From NCBI GenBank assembly GCA_002269645.1, contig NIVC01001313.1, positions 248,001 through 312,000 of the forward strand: 64,000 nucleotides of DNA. The letters are read 5' to 3'. This DNA is from Macrostomum lignano (lineage: Eukaryota). The notes under the pieces are model-generated. The model was given only the letters and a program-made list of their open reading frames with translations, ran no database searches and was not told where the DNA came from. Shown piece by piece: positions 42,154 through 56,537 of this stretch (positions are counted from its first letter, which is position 1; each line of letters begins with the position of its first letter). The translations under genes and the position numbers were made by a program.

Positions 42154-44814
42154 GCTTGTAGCATGAGAAATTTATAAGTTTTGAATACTATATAAATATT
42201 TGGTAGTATAAAATGATTTATAATTCCAAGAAATGATAGCTGATTCACTTGTTTCAATTTAGGTCGTAGCTAGCTACTAATACTGCAATAGCTAACTATT
42301 GTAAAAAATAATATTAAATATTTCTTTTTGCTAAGAAGCTGTGCTAAAATTATCTAATAACCTTAATTTCAAAATATTTATTATTTAAATCCAAAAAGAA
42401 TAGCTACTATAAAGTATTATATCACAATGGACCAATGGTCCTAAATAAAAAGTATGATAGACTTGAGGTAGGAACAGTAGCACAACCACATATTTGTTGA
42501 GGTGGATGGATTCTAGAGGGTTAAGACCCAAAGAGGGGGTTAGAAGGGTAGCTCTATATTTTGGTAAGATTCACTTGGTTCCCTATGCTTTTTTCTTGAT
42601 TTCTATCTAAGGGAGGACAACTGCCCCCTCCCCCTGGTTATGCCACTGAGCAAGTATCTATCTTAGTAAACAAACCAAATAAAAGATATACTTATAGCCA
42701 TAATATGAACAAAAAACATAAAAGAAAATATTACTTTTAGGGGAATAGGAAAGGGGAGGATCTAGGGGGGGGGGGTGTAACCCTTTTGAACAGCCAAAAA
42801 CATTGTTTTTTGAAGTCTTTTTTTCTCCTTAAGGGCATCCGCATCCCACCCTTCCCCCTCTCGAAAGAAAATTTCCCTCCCAAGGAGTGGCCTATCTGGC
42901 CCTATCCTCCCAAAGAAAATTTCTGGCTATACACCTAACCTGATTGCTTTTTCAAATTCAAAAAGTTAAGTTTTAGTTCTTATTTATATATAGGCCTAGC
43001 TATTAGGCTTACTAAAGAAAATATTTTTATGACTAAAAATATGTGAAACCTTCAGTTCAGAACATAAGAGAACTTAACTAACTACTATTACTAAAGACAA
43101 AGTCAAAGACAAAGACTATCTGTATCTTTGAAAACAATATAAAAATAATTAAAGTCACAGCATACTTAGGGCCTATTTAAAAATTATTATACAAAGTGGG
43201 TTAACAAAATACGACTATAATAAAATGATAATTGTCAACTTTATATTTCTGCATAAAACATCTATAAAACATTACTTTTAAGACCTAAGTCAATACATTG
43301 TCATTATAATACATTATTAAGCACAAGCAGTTGGACACAACACAATTATAGGCGAAATTCAAGTAAGCCAGAAAAAATTGTCTACGTATTTAATAATTGA
43401 TTCTGAGTTTATTGAGTACACAACCAGTCCAACAGACGGAATTCGAATTGCTACTTTATAGACCTATTTGATCCTAATCGTATTTTAGATTTTTAAGGAA
43501 AGGCAATGGAATGCAAACTGTTGTTGCCAAAAATAGTAACCAAAACACTAGCATACATCAAACACTTTGTAAAATAGATAACTGACTGTCTTTTTTGCTT
43601 TTCAAATTTCATTTTTTGTATACAAACTCGAGAGTTTTGGCTAAAAATGCATAGATTTTTATACGTTTGTTTAATTTTTTTTTTCGTTTACTAAAATACA
43701 TCCGCACAGCACATAAATGTAGAAACTGAAGAATGAATGTTGTTGAATAAAGAAAGTATTCTGCAACCCTAAAACTATGACTGATGAATAACCGATGTAT
43801 GCGAGCTAGGAAACTATTTACCGAGTGATCGAGGCAGAGCAGGGATGATGAGTCTGCACAAATTACATGTACATTGCATGGTTCATATGACATCTATATC
43901 AAATTTCATATTCACAGGAGCTAGGGCTGTGGGAACTCTGGCGCAACGCCTTTGGCAAAATCATCCCACAACCAGCGCTGAGGCATTTTTCTGCCTTTTA
44001 TAGTGACACCTGAGCACATACAAGCGCGCCAATACTGTAAAGCAGGCATGCATTCACTCATGCAATGTACTGCACGCTCAACACAGGGTACGTGTACAAC
44101 AGCCCTTAACTGTCAGGCAAGTACACTCTCTGTACCTTGGGGGGTTTTGGCCCGCATTGGTGTGAATCGCACGACAACCCTCTGGCCAATTTTTGTTCCT
44201 AAGCCTGGAAAATGAATGTATACATGTGGTGTTTTCGGGCGAAATGGAGCGAGGGAAGTATATATGTCTCTCCTGCATTTAATTTTGAAATAAATGGTAA
44301 AATAATTATTTCAGTTGGAATTTACATGCACATCTACAAACGCCACATTAGGGTTTTGTACATGTACATTTAGGTTTCGTAGTTGTTTTGTAGGTACTTT
44401 ATTAGTTATTTATCCATTATGACGAGACAAAATATTGTAAAAGAAAATTTACTTTTTTGATCAGATATAACTGTAAATGTATTTTTGAGAAAGTTATTTA
44501 ATATCAACGCCAACATCTCCAACTTTTACATTGCTAAACCAGTATATATTAATTATTATACTGGTTATTATAAACTTGACTTGACTTGACTTAGCTAGGG
44601 GGCGTCCGGCGGATGCAGCGAGGAGGCGGATCCTATATAAATTATTGTAAACTATTATAATTATTATAAACTACTGAGCAACAGGATCTGCAGCACAGGA
44701 CCATTGCCGCTATAGGCCTTTACAAAACCCTTTACATATATTGTAAAAACATAACTAAAACTAACTTTCTATATGATTTAGTGATAGAGAGTTCAGTGAT
44801 TGAAATAAGTGACA

Positions 44815-45815
44815 GAGATCAGTAACAGAGATCAGTAACAGAGATCAGTTACAGTGATCAGTGATAAAGATCAGAAACAGAGATCACTGATAGAGATCAG
44901 TGAGAGAGATCAGTGACAGAGATCAGTGACAGATCAGTGATAGAGATCACTGATAGAGATCAGTGACAGATCAGTGATAGAGATCAGTGACAGATCAGTG
45001 ATAGAGATCAGTGACAGATCAGTGACAGATCAGTGATAGAGATCACTGATAGAGATCAGTGACAGATCAGTGACAGATCAGTGATAGAGATCACTGATAG
45101 AGATCAGTGACAGAGATCAGTGACAGATCAGTGACAGAGATCAGTGAAAGAGATCACTGATAGAGATCAGTGACAGATCAGTGATAGAGATCAGTGACAG
45201 ATCAGTGATAGAGATCAGTGACAGATCAGTGACAGATCAGTGATAGAGATCACTGATAGAGATCAGTGACAGATCAGTGATAGAGATCAGTGACAGATCA
45301 GTGATAGAGATCAGTGGCAGAGATTAGTGACAGAGATCACTGACAGAGATCAGTGACAGAGATCAGTGATAGAGATCAGTGACAGATCAGTGATAGAGAT
45401 CAGTGACAGATCAGTGACAGATCAGTGATAGAGATCAGTGACAGATCAGTGATAGAGATCAGTGACAGATCAGTGACAGATCAGTGATAGAGATCACTGA
45501 TAGAGATCAGTGACAGAGATCAGTGACAGATCAGTGACAGAGATCAGTGAAAGAGATCACTGATAGAGATCAGTGATAGAGATCACTGATAGAGATCAGT
45601 GACAGATCAGTGATAGAGATCAGTGACAGATCAGTGATAGAGATCAGTGACAGATCAGTGACAGATCAGTGATAGAGATCACTGATAGAGATCAGTGACA
45701 GATCAGTGATAGAGATCAGTGACAGATCAGTGATAGAGATCAGTGGCAGAGATTAGTGACAGAGATCACTGACAGAGATCAGTGACAGAGATCAGTGATA
45801 GAGATCAGTGATTAG
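44815..45815. repeat. 10/12-bp minisatellite (gatcagtgacag / gatcagtgataga)
   Basis: Direct inspection. Confidence 0.95.
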
Positions 45816-46741
45816 TGATCAAATACGCACTTGCATACAGTATAATGGCCTTATCTTACAACAGTCGCTCAAGCACCTTGAGCATTGACTCATACAGTTA
45901 ACTGTCAAGGGGCGTAGCCATCGGTTAATGGTATATACATGTAGGTGGACAAAGTGAAAGATTTTTAGTAGCCAAAGGGTGTTTAGCAAATAATTATTTC
46001 TTGCTCCATAGGAGGAGCTCGTGAAGACTCTGCCAGCACCGGCAGCTGAGCTATGAGCACACGCATGGAGGCATGCCCACCTATAGTGCAATCGCACAAG
46101 CCTGTGGCAAAACTTTTCCTGCCAGGACTCGAACCCGGGCACTTCGGCTCTGCCCCCCTGCTCTCATACTGTTAAATATTTTACACCATCAGCTACAAAC
46201 TATTGAGTTAGTATAAATAGTTCCAAATGAATTTAAATACTATACGTATACACAAGGGCTGTTCGTTGAGATAGCGATCATTGCGCATAAATTTTTACTA
46301 CCGCATTGAACTCGCTGAAATTAAAATTCAGCTTCAAGACGGGCAAAATTCAATGCTTCAGTTGAGTAGTGTTCAAAAGCTTCTCCAGGTCATTCGGCCG
46401 CTGAGTTATGGCTCACTAAGTGACGAGGTCCAAGAAGGTGACTTGCGATTTACCTCTTATTAAAAGTCATATTAAGAGAGAGATTTGTCTATGGTATAAA
46501 TAAGTGGGAGTAATAAGTCATAAATGGTAATGGTAATAAATGGTAATAAATCACTTAATGAGCCACAACCCAGCAACGGAATGACACAGAGAAGCTATTT
46601 AACACTCAGCTGAAGCATTTAAAGATGCTCCTTGAAGCTGAGTTTAATTTAAGCGATTTTAATGCGGTAGTAAACAGTTGTGCACAAGCAATTACTGTCT
46701 TAACAGACAGTCCTTGCAGTTATATCTAGAAAAGTTTCGCA

Positions 46742-47185
46742 TCACGACTGCACAGTGACGGTGACGGGAGTGACGGTGAAGCCGGTGCTATTCGGCAGGG
46801 CGGTGTGCACAGTCACAGGCGGCACGGTGCCGGGGATCAGCTCCGCCTGGCTCAGCTGGTAGTTGAACACCCAGATGATGGTGGTCAGGCACTGGAAGGC
46901 CAGGATGCCCATGGCGGCGAACACCACGTAGATTCGATCTTCGGACAGGTCGCCGGTCCGGTGCCACCACCACAGCTGGCCAATCAGGCTGCAGCTGAGC
47001 AGCAGGTTCAGGGTGAGCAGGAAGAAGCTGGCCGACACCACCCCGCCCTGGATGAGGGTGATGAGGATGCTGGACAGAGCGAATAGCAGTGCGAGGCCTG
47101 AGACCACCCGGTAGACCAGAGTGACCGTGGGAGACACGTGATGGTAGATCGCGCCGGAGGACTGGTTGGTGTCGGATGAAGACAT
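46742..47185 (-). CDS. Small three-helix membrane protein, possibly TMEM243-like
   Basis: 147-aa ATG ORF with three hydrophobic segments; WWWHRTGDL resembles TMEM243 YWYRQGDL; Thr/Pro/Val-rich tail. Confidence 0.55.
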   Translation of the reverse strand: MSSSDTNQSSGAIYHHVSPTVTLVYRVVSGLALLFALSSILITLIQGGVVSASFFLLTLNLLLSCSLIGQLWWWHRTGDLSEDRIYVVFAAMGILAFQCLTTIIWVFNYQLSQAELIPGTVPPVTVHTALPNSTGFTVTPVTVTVQS

Positions 47186-47389
47186 TGTGCGCGCGATGCC
47201 TCTGTGAGTCTTAATTGCAATTTTTATTTTAAAAATTTTTAACAGATGCGATAAACTTATACAATTAACATAATGCAATATAGTCTTTAAAAGGCTCAAA
47301 ATTCTGAATTCAATCGGCCGGAAAAAGCATGTACATATAGTGCCCCTGGCAGTAGCTTTGGCGTTTTCTGGTTTACTGGCAACCCCTCA

Positions 47390-48012
47390 AATGAAATGGC
47401 GCCCCTCACTCAGATGAAATAGCGCCCCCCACTCAGATGAAATGGCGCCCCTCACTCAATGAAATGGCGCCTCTCACTCAAATGAAATGGCGCCCCTCAC
47501 TCAGATGAAATAGCGCCTCTCACTCAGATGAAATGGCGCCCCTCACTCAATGAAATGGCGCCTCTCACTCAAATGAAATGGCGCCCCTCACTCAGATGAA
47601 ATGGCGCCCCTCACTCAGATGAAATGGCGCCCCTCACGCAAATGAAATGGCGCCTCTCACTCAGATGAAATGGCGCCCCTCACTCAATGAAATGGCGCCT
47701 CTCACTCAAATGAAATGGCGCCCCTCACTCAGATCAAATAGCGCCTCTCACTCAAATGAAATGACGCCCCTCACTCAGATGAAATAGCGCCTCTCACTCA
47801 GATGAAATGGCGCCCCTCACTCAATGAAATGGCGCCTCTCACTCAAATGAAATGGCGCCCCTCACTCAGATGAAATGGCGCCCCTCACTCAGATGAAATG
47901 GCGCCCCTCACGCAAATGAAATGGCGCCTCTCACTCAGATGAAATGGCGCCCCTCACTCAAATGAAATGGCGCCTCTCACTCAGATGAAATGGCGTCTCT
48001 CACTCAAATGAA
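47390..48012. repeat. About 23-bp minisatellite gaaatggcgcccctcactcagat
   Basis: Direct inspection. Confidence 0.95.
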
Positions 48013-48464
48013 TCTATATCTCAAATTTGGTCTTGCTCAGTTAAAGAAATAAGCAGCAAAAGTGGCAAAACTTACCTGAAGCAGGTCTAGTTTCAACAGG
48101 CTCGATCAGCAATGATTTTCTCTGACAAACCCTCTCACTGCTGCGACAGGGTGGCATATATTATACACTGCGTGCCAACTGTACAAAATGCACAGCGCGT
48201 GCGCGGACAAATACGAGAAGACTATTATCTCGGGTGTCGCAACAGGTGAATTGCTATACCCCTGATGAACCTTGTACATGCTATTTGAAATCTTATCTCG
48301 CTTTTTTCTCTATTGCACTTCAACTGACAAGCAATATACAGCCTATGGCTTATATTACACACGTAACTTCTTTGTACTGAATCCAGCTACTTAGTAAGTA
48401 GTGCGTACATGTAGCTTATACCGTGTACCAAGTCTAAGTAGTAACATTAGAGAGGTTAATGGCA

Positions 48465-48880
48465 CTGAAGAGTGACAGAGAGAGAGAGAGGGTGACTTCT
48501 ACAGAGTGAATGGCATTGAAGAGTGACAGAGAGAGAGAGGAGAGAGGGTGACTTCTACAGAGTGAATGGCATTGAAGAGTGACAGAGAGAGAGAGAGAGG
48601 GTGACTTCTACAGAGTGAATGGCACTGAAGAGTGACAGAGAGGGAGAGAGAGAGGAGAGAGAGAGAGAGGGTGACTTCTACAGAGTGAATGGCATTGAAG
48701 AGTGACAGAGAGAGAGAGAGAGAGGGTGACTTCTACAGAGTGAATGGCACTGAAGAGTGACAGAGAGAGAGAGAGAGAGGGTGACTTCTACAGAGTGAAT
48801 GGCATTGAAGAGTGACAGAGAGAGAGGAGAGAGGGTGACTTCTACAGAGTGAATGGCATTGAAGAGTGACAAAGAGAGGG
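48465..48880. repeat. Compound minisatellite with a variable (GA)n core
   Basis: Unit gggtgacttctacagagtgaatggcattgaagagtgaca(ga)n. Confidence 0.93.
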
Positions 48881-49734
48881 TGAAGTACTTACGCAAGTTA
48901 ATACTAACGCACTTAGTCAAACTAATTTCAATAAAAAACATTGACAGAAATTTATGGTAAACATGAGTTAAGAATCCAAAAACAAAAAACAATCCTGCAA
49001 GTCGTATGTAGGAAACAAGTTGGGCACAATGAGTTCATAAAGATATAATATTTATTTGAAACAAATATATTAAGTTAATTGTACCAGATCTCACTAACAC
49101 ACTAGTATGCAAAATTGCGATTTGAACCAAAGCTAGAAGACACAGAAAAGAATAAATGACATCATAAATGACAAATTAGCATTATTTTAGAAACAGAACA
49201 GAAGAGATGCACAGGCATAATGGTTGCTAACTGTATTTTTACTAGCACTCAAAGGAGAGACAGGGTCCTGATTTGAAAGGTTTAGCTGTTGAAATAAAAC
49301 CTATATGCATGTGTGGCGAAATTTTGATTGACGGAATTAAAAAAGAAACAATATTATTATTCAAATTAATGAAAACTGGCATTGAAAGGTCACATCTGCA
49401 GGCAGGTGTCACGGATTTAAAATATAGATATATTTTACTGATTTAACAAAACAGTTTCGATTACAGGCATTAGAAAAAAAGCTCTGTTGCTACAGATCAC
49501 CATTATTAATAAGGGAGCTGAGGGCGACATGTAAATGGATATATGTACGAATATATACACGCCTATAGTTACTGAGTTAGTAGTAAAGATAGAGAAGCTG
49601 CCTGCAAATTGACATTATTTTACAATTCATTTCATTTGATTCATTTGATTCATACAAATATTCTATTAGTGAAGAGTGATATTTTTAGAGAAAAATATTA
49701 AATTTTAACGGTCGCGCGCAAATCACACTACTGA

Positions 49735-52700
49735 CTAGTTAAGCGTACCGCGGCAGCTGGCTGTGCCGCATAGGCAGATAATTTTTTCCTCCTCGTAGGG
49801 GAATTTGTAGTCGTAGGTGATTTCCTCGTTGCGGCGGATTTCGCGTTTAGAGTAGATGACAATCTTTTTCTCACCTTCCACTGTGATCACCTTGGCGTAG
49901 CAGTTCGGCTGCGGGAAATTATGCGGCATTGGGATTTTTCCGTGTGACCTTGAGGAACTTCTTTTATTGTGACTAAGCTGTGGGTTTGCCTTATATGACA
50001 TTGAATTGGTTATCAGTGACTTGGTTGACCTTGAAGGGATAGAGTCCTAAATGACCTTGGAGGGATAGTCTTAAATGACCTTGGAGGGATAGTCTTAAAT
50101 GACCTTGGAGGGATAGTCTTAAATGACCTTGGAGGGATAGTCTTAAATGACCTTGGAGGGATAGTCTTAAATGACCTTGGAGGGATAGTCTTAAATGATC
50201 TTGGAGGGATAGTCTTAAATGACCTTGGAGGGATAGTCTTAAATGACCTTGGAGGGATAGTATTAAATGACCTTGGAGGGATAGTCTTAAATGACCTTGG
50301 AGGGATAGTCTTAAATGACCTTGGAGGGATAGTCTTAAATGACCTTGGAGGGATAGTCTTAAATGACCTTGGAGGGATAGTCTTAAATGACCTTTGAGGG
50401 ATAGTCTTAAATGACCTTGAAGGGATACAGCCTTAAATGACAGTGAAGGGATAGAGTCTTAAAAATCACCTTGAAGGATAGAGTCTTACATGACCTTGAA
50501 GGGATAGTCTTAAATGACCTTAGAGGGGGTTTTTAGTGTTTTGGATGACCTTAAAGGGATTCTCCGAGTTTGAATGGCTTTGAAGGGATTCTTAATGCCT
50601 TGAACGACCTTAAAGAAATCTTCCGTGTCTTGAACGGTCGTGAATGAGTTATTAGCGCACTAAACAACCTTAAGCGGCTTTCGCAAACACTCATTGACCT
50701 GAGTGAGACTATCTATGTCTTGGATGACCGTAAAAGGAGCTCTCAGTGTCTTGAGAGCTATTGAGCAACAGAATGCAGACTCACCGAACAGCTGTGATTG
50801 ATAAACCTGGCGTTATTGCCGCATTTGGTTGCGTCAATGACAAAAGCATCGTCAATGCGAAACAGATAGCTGCTGCCTATGCCGGCCCGTTCGTAGGCCT
50901 GCTCGCGAGTCTCGGCTATGGAGCGCCTGATAATCTGGCCAGTGTACTCAACCACCATCTCATCCTGGGCGATGGTCTCCAGGGCGAACAGGCCCCAAGA
51001 GTGAATGCCGGAACGATCGAATTTCAGCTTCTTCTTGCGAAACTTCAATTGGTTGAACTTTAATAGGTCGCCTGTGAGGAAAAAATCAAATGTTTTTTAG
51101 ACATATAGCACTAACTGATACAGTCCTAGGACTTAGTTTATAGGTGGGATTTCCCATCTAGTCCATAGGTACTGGTGGGTTTCCCATCTAGTCTTCAGGC
51201 TACAGGCGGGATTTCCCATCTAGAGGTTACATGTGAGATTTCCTATCTAGTCTTCAGGTTACATGCGAGATTTCCTATCTAGTCTTCAGGTTACATGTGA
51301 GATTTCCTATCTAGTCTTCAGGTTACATGTGAGATTTCCTATCTAGTCTTCAGGTTACATGTGAGATTTCCTATCTAGTCTTCAGGTTACATGTGAGATT
51401 TCCTATCTAGTCTTCAGGTTACATGTGAGATTTCCTATCTAGTCTTCAGGTTACAGGTGGGAAAAGCCCATTTGCTACAGTATGAGGGTTTCATGAGGTT
51501 TTCATGATCTGTAGATAATTTCGGACGGGGGATTCCCGATCCAAGTAGCGCCGCATGTGGGGATTTTCCATCCACAGCTAGCGTTAGAGCACAAAGGATT
51601 CCCAATCTAGCAAGTGGAACATTTGGGATTTGAATCCCTCTTCCCACCAGCAACCCACCAATTTCGATATCGGCAAACTCGGCCAGAATTCTGCGCTGCA
51701 TAGACCTGGCCTCCCTAGTCAGGGACAGCTTGGCTTTTCGCTCCTCCTGCTCGGCCTCGGCTTCATCAGCCTGTCCGGCTTCTGCGTTAATGGCCGCCGC
51801 CAGCGCCAGAGCGGAGCGCTCCTTCTGCTTGCCAGTCAGCTTGTAGAAGCCCTCCGACCTGGCGCAGCCAGTCGAATGCGGCTCGCGCGGACCGGTCTCG
51901 CGCGCCGGCTGACCAACTGGCGGATGGTCGGTCCAGTGGGTCTCAACTGCGCAGGGCAGGCCGCCTTCGGCTACTAGCAAATCAAACGCCTGTTTGAGCA
52001 TCTCGTGCTCCTCGGCGGACATTACGCCGGCTAGGATGCGCTCGTTCAGCGCTGTTTCAGCTTCGGGAGAGCGCTGCTCGAATTGCGGAGGAGGCGGCGG
52101 CGGCGGCGGCGGAGGCAGCAACACGGAATCGTAGGTGTCCGCATCCGGCAAGAACTGCGGTCGCTGCCGTTTAGCTGGCGGCGGACCAGCCGGGAACAGG
52201 CCGACCAGTTCGCGCACTCCGGCGGCCGAGGTCAGCGACGGCTTGCGCTTGTTGGCGGGCATTGGCGAAGGCGGAGGCGGCCTGTGATAATAGCAGTAGT
52301 TGTGCTCGGACACCAGCTGCGAAGGCCACAGTGCAGGATCGGGCGCGACAGAAGCCTCGGGCGGCACAGACGCTAGATTGCCTAGCGGGCCGGGCTCTCG
52401 CTTGCCAAGATCCACATCGCCAGCGGGAAGGTGCGGATGCGTGTCAGACGGCGGCGGTGGCGGCGTCTTCGGCTGCTCCGGAATCTGCTGAGGCGGCGGC
52501 GACGCAATTGGCGGTCGCTTACGCGACGACGGCAGCACAGCGGCTGCAGGCGGAGGCGAGGACACCAGCGGGACAAGCGCAGACTTTCGCCGACTGCTGC
52601 CGGTCGGAGCAGGACGTGACGGAGCCGCCGCCACTGCCGCCTTTGTTTTCGACGCATCATTAAAAGCTTCCCCGGCGTCGCTAGCCTCTGACGCATCGTC

Positions 52701-55448
52701 GGTGTCCTCGACTTCGTCATCATCGTCTTCATCTTCGCTTTCTTCATCGCTGTCGCTGTCGCCTTGGAATTCGCTGGCCTCGTCGCTTTCGTCGTCATCA
52801 TCATCCATTGCGGAGGCGACAGCGGCAGCCTTACCATCGTCCTCAGCTTCCGAATCTGTAGACATTCCCGACTCGCTGTCGGACGGCTCAGTCTTGACCT
52901 TCACCGACGCGGCCGCGCTGTCGACGGTGCTGTCATCTTCGGCCTCGTCGCCACTAACCGGCTGGCCAATGACCTTGGCCGGGCCGCGTTTCTGCTTGGC
53001 CCGGTGGCTCGGCGCTGCCGACAATTTTGTACGGCGACCGCCGCGACGACCGCCCCGCTGAGCCAGCGACGGGACCGGCGTCTGCGGCGGCGCTTCCCGG
53101 GTTTTGGCGCGGATCTTCGTGGCCACGCGGCCGGATGGGGCGGCTGGCTTGGTGGATAGCGGCGTCTTGGCGTCCTCGGTGTCCGAGTGGGCCGGCGAGG
53201 AGGACAAGGACGAGGAGGAGGAGGAGCTCGACGAGGAGACAGACGACGCCCGAGCAGCGGGAGCAGCCGGCTCGGGGCTCGGAGACTTGGAGTCCTCATC
53301 CGAGCCAGACAAGGACTTCTTTTTCAAATCGACGCCGCCAAGATCATCGGAGCGGCGACTGTCCCGACGCGACCGATGATGCCCGCGCTTGCTGTCTCGC
53401 TGTTGGCGATGTTGCCGACTGTCTTGGTCGCGCGATTCGGACTTGACCAATCGAGCGCCGCTGTCCCGGTCGGATTTCACCGATGCGGCGTCCCCGGCAT
53501 CGGATTTCTGCTGCTTCTGCCCAGACTGATGCTGCTGATTCTGCTGCTGCTGCTGCGCAGACTGCGGCTTTTGTCGGCGTTGGATTTTTGGCAAATTAGC
53601 TCGCAGGCCGCCTCGACCGAAAGAGAATCCGGTGAGGGAGAACAGGTTCGAGATTGAGCTAAACTGCCCGCCAGACGCTGCTGCTGCTGCTGCTGTTGTT
53701 GCTGATGCTGCAGAAGACAGCAGATCCTCGCCGGCTGTGGCTGCCACAGCGGTTGCGCCTGTGGTACTGGCCGGCGCCGCTGCGCTGTCAACCGATTCAG
53801 CGTCCTTAGCAACGTCATTATCAACGGGCGGCATAGAGGACGAATCAATGACTGATGATTGGCCAACAGACGGCTCGAACTGGTCCAGCTTGCTAGCGAT
53901 TTGCTGCGGATTAAAGAGCGGCTTAGAGCCATCGGACTCGGAGTGCCGGCTCCACCACTGCTCGAACTGCTGATAGGCGTGATTCTCGATCGCTCGTTTA
54001 GTCAAATCTTTGAATAGTACTTCGCGCAGATCGTTCAGGACGCCTTCTAAGACGCGCCGGCTCACCTGCTCAGCGTTGCTAGGCGACAGGCTTGGCACGC
54101 TGGTGTCTGGAGGCTCAACTTCCACCGCTGGAGCTGGGGGCGGCGGCGGAGGCGGCGGTGGGGGTGGGGGCGGCGGCGGCGGCGGCGGAGGAGGCTGTTG
54201 AGGAGCAGCAGCCGCATCTGGCGGCATCGGCGGCGCGGGCAGGAGCGGCACTTTCACGGCCATGGCCAGCTGGGCCGCTTGCGAGCTCGGATCGGAATTG
54301 GCTATTGAGGTGCCTGCATAAAAGATTGCGGGTGGAAGTAGGCTTGCAAATACGCTTTGGTCAACTTAATTAATTTTCACCTTCTATCATCAAATTACAG
54401 CAGGTGGCCTCAACTGGTCCATCCTGACCCCTCCGTGACCCTAACTGGTCCATCCTGACCCCTCCGTGACCCTAACTGGTCCATCCTGACCCCTCCGTGA
54501 CCCTAACTGGTCCACACTGACCCCTCCGTGACCCTAACTGGTCCACACTGACCCCTCCGTGACCTTAAACAGATCCACGCTGATTAGACAAGCTACTATT
54601 AACTAGCACTCACCCTCGAGCAATCTCTGCAGACGGTCTTTCAGATTCACAGACGTGGGATCTCCGCCGTAGATGTGGCCGCCAACAGCTGGTCGAGTCT
54701 GATGGATTTTGCCGCCAGCCGCGCCGGCGCCGGTGGCAGCAGCTGCGTCGAAGTCGCCAAGCGCGGCGGAGGTGACGGAAGCGCCGGCAGCGGCTTGCAA
54801 CAGTTTCTTATTAGCCTCATCGGCATTGTGATGCAGCAGATCGTGGATCAGCTTCCGCCTCATCCGGCCAGTGGTGTCTAGGAACACCTTCATCTGGTTG
54901 CCCAGCTTGCTGACTCCGTCAAGGCGATCAACGCACTCCCTGGCCGCGCGGGTGCCGGTAAACAGCACCCGGCCAATGCCCAGGTGTTTCTTCGATTGCG
55001 GATGAAAGTACACCTTGGCCTCTTCAACTTCGCCGAATTGTCGGCACATATCTTCCAGATCGCGCGACTTCAAATTGTCATTAATATTAGTAAAGGTCAC
55101 CTCCTTGTCCAACGGTCGGCCAAAATAATACTCGTCATATTTAAACTTCGGCAGAGGAAGATTAGCCGGCTCCCGCTGACGGAAGCCGGCCCCGCCACCG
55201 TGGTGATGCTGATGGCGCGGATCGCGGGGCGGCGCAGCTGCGTCGGCGCCAACAGACGGCAGAGGTCCGTGATAGCCTGGCGGCGCCTGCAGGCGACCAT
55301 CGTAGCGATAGATTTTGGCTGCGTGCGCCTGGTTCAGCGCCGGGTCCGTAATGAGCTTGTAGGCTTGGTACGGCTTGCCCTGCTGGTGCTGCTGCTGCTG
55401 ATGATGATGGTGTCCACCTGATGCCGTGGCGGCGGTGGCGGATGCCAT
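49735..55448 (-). CDS. SETD1: SET1/COMPASS histone H3K4 methyltransferase (SETD1A/B ortholog)
   Basis: Exons 54614-55448 (RRM), 51659-54313 (N-SET with Win motif GCARSEG), 50785-51071 (SET, RFINHSC), 49735-49908 (EEITYDYKF, post-SET CLCG..SCRGTLN); phases consistent. Confidence 0.96.
50035..50525. repeat. 24-bp intronic minisatellite gaccttggagggatagtcttaaat
   Basis: Direct inspection. Confidence 0.93.
51140..51460. repeat. 32-bp intronic minisatellite gagatttcctatctagtcttcaggttacatgt
   Basis: Direct inspection. Confidence 0.92.
54410..54565. repeat. 31-bp intronic minisatellite
   Basis: Unit ggtccatcctgacccctccgtgaccctaact. Confidence 0.9.
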
Positions 55449-56189
55449 CCCTCTGGCAGCAGCCTCTGCTGCAACTTTTGTTGCTTTTGTTTAGCTTTGC
55501 TAGCTGCTGCTGCTTCTGGAAGACGATTGATAAGAAACATTTTTTATAGATCGTTAACCCGATAGAAAACGCAACTAAAATGAAAGCGTACTACTTACAA
55601 CACAGTAGTGTAACTAGCGAGCAAACTGGAACCCTGCTGCCAGCTGCTGCTGCTGCTGTTGCATGGGCCAAACAACAGGTTCAGTCAGCGGCTGAAAACA
55701 AAGATAGGATTTTATCATGTGTACAAGGCTTCAGGTGGGATTCAGGGCAACTGCTAAACAGTCATGCCCGCACAGGTATACACCGGCCCTGACTTTCTAG
55801 CTTCTGTTAAGCAAAGAACAACAATCTATATTAATTATTAATAAACAAAGATAAATTGAAACGATCGAAGTCATAGTCACTCTGATCTGTGTATATACAT
55901 TACAGATATTCATACTATAAATGCACAAATGGCATTGACGACCCGCCGTGAATTAATTAATTAGCAAGTAACAGTACAATGCTGGGAAGATGCGAACGAA
56001 AATGTTACATGTGAATTACTGAGCTGGGAGAATTTTTTTAAAGCCGAAAGCCATCCACAGTAGTACACTGTCGTTGATACAAGCAAGTAATACTGCCATA
56101 GAACTAGCACATGTTGCTACCCACTGGTTGCTATGATAAACTAATTATCTGAACTGTAATGTTTCGATTGAGAGTCTTTTCAGTAATCA

Positions 56190-56470
56190 ACTTTCGGGTA
56201 GCAGCCATCGATTAGCAACTTCCCGGTAGCAACCATCGATAATTAACGCTCAGGAAGCAATCATTCGATAAGCAACTTCCGGGTAGCAACCATCGGATTA
56301 GCAACGTTCGGGTAGCAACCATCGAATTAGCAACTTCCGAGAAGCACCCATCGGATTAGCTACTTCCGGGTAGCAACCAAATCGGATTAGCTACTGCCGG
56401 GTAGCAACCAAATTGGATTAGCCACTTCCGGGCAGCAACCAAATTGGATTAGCTACTTCCAGGTAGCAAC
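56190..56470. repeat. About 30-bp degenerate minisatellite
   Basis: Unit gggtagcaaccatcggattagcaacttcc. Confidence 0.88.
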
Positions 56471-56537
56471 TAATGGAAAAGCAATCTGGTACAAAAGGGG
56501 TGTATTTATGAAAATATACCCTAAGTAAAACAGTCAG

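Noticed and set aside
46085-46200. tRNA-like B box (GGTTCGAGTCC) on the minus strand
   Set aside because: No cloverleaf can be folded; at most a decayed SINE head, not a tRNA gene.
48262-48290. CTGATGA...GAAA hammerhead-like core
   Set aside because: No convincing stem I or stem II pairing around the core.
51630-55540. Numerous 60-150 aa antisense and alternate-frame ORFs over SETD1 (similarly over PLE, MAP3K and RIC-3)
   Set aside because: Expected shadow ORFs of GC-rich coding sequence; no independent motifs.
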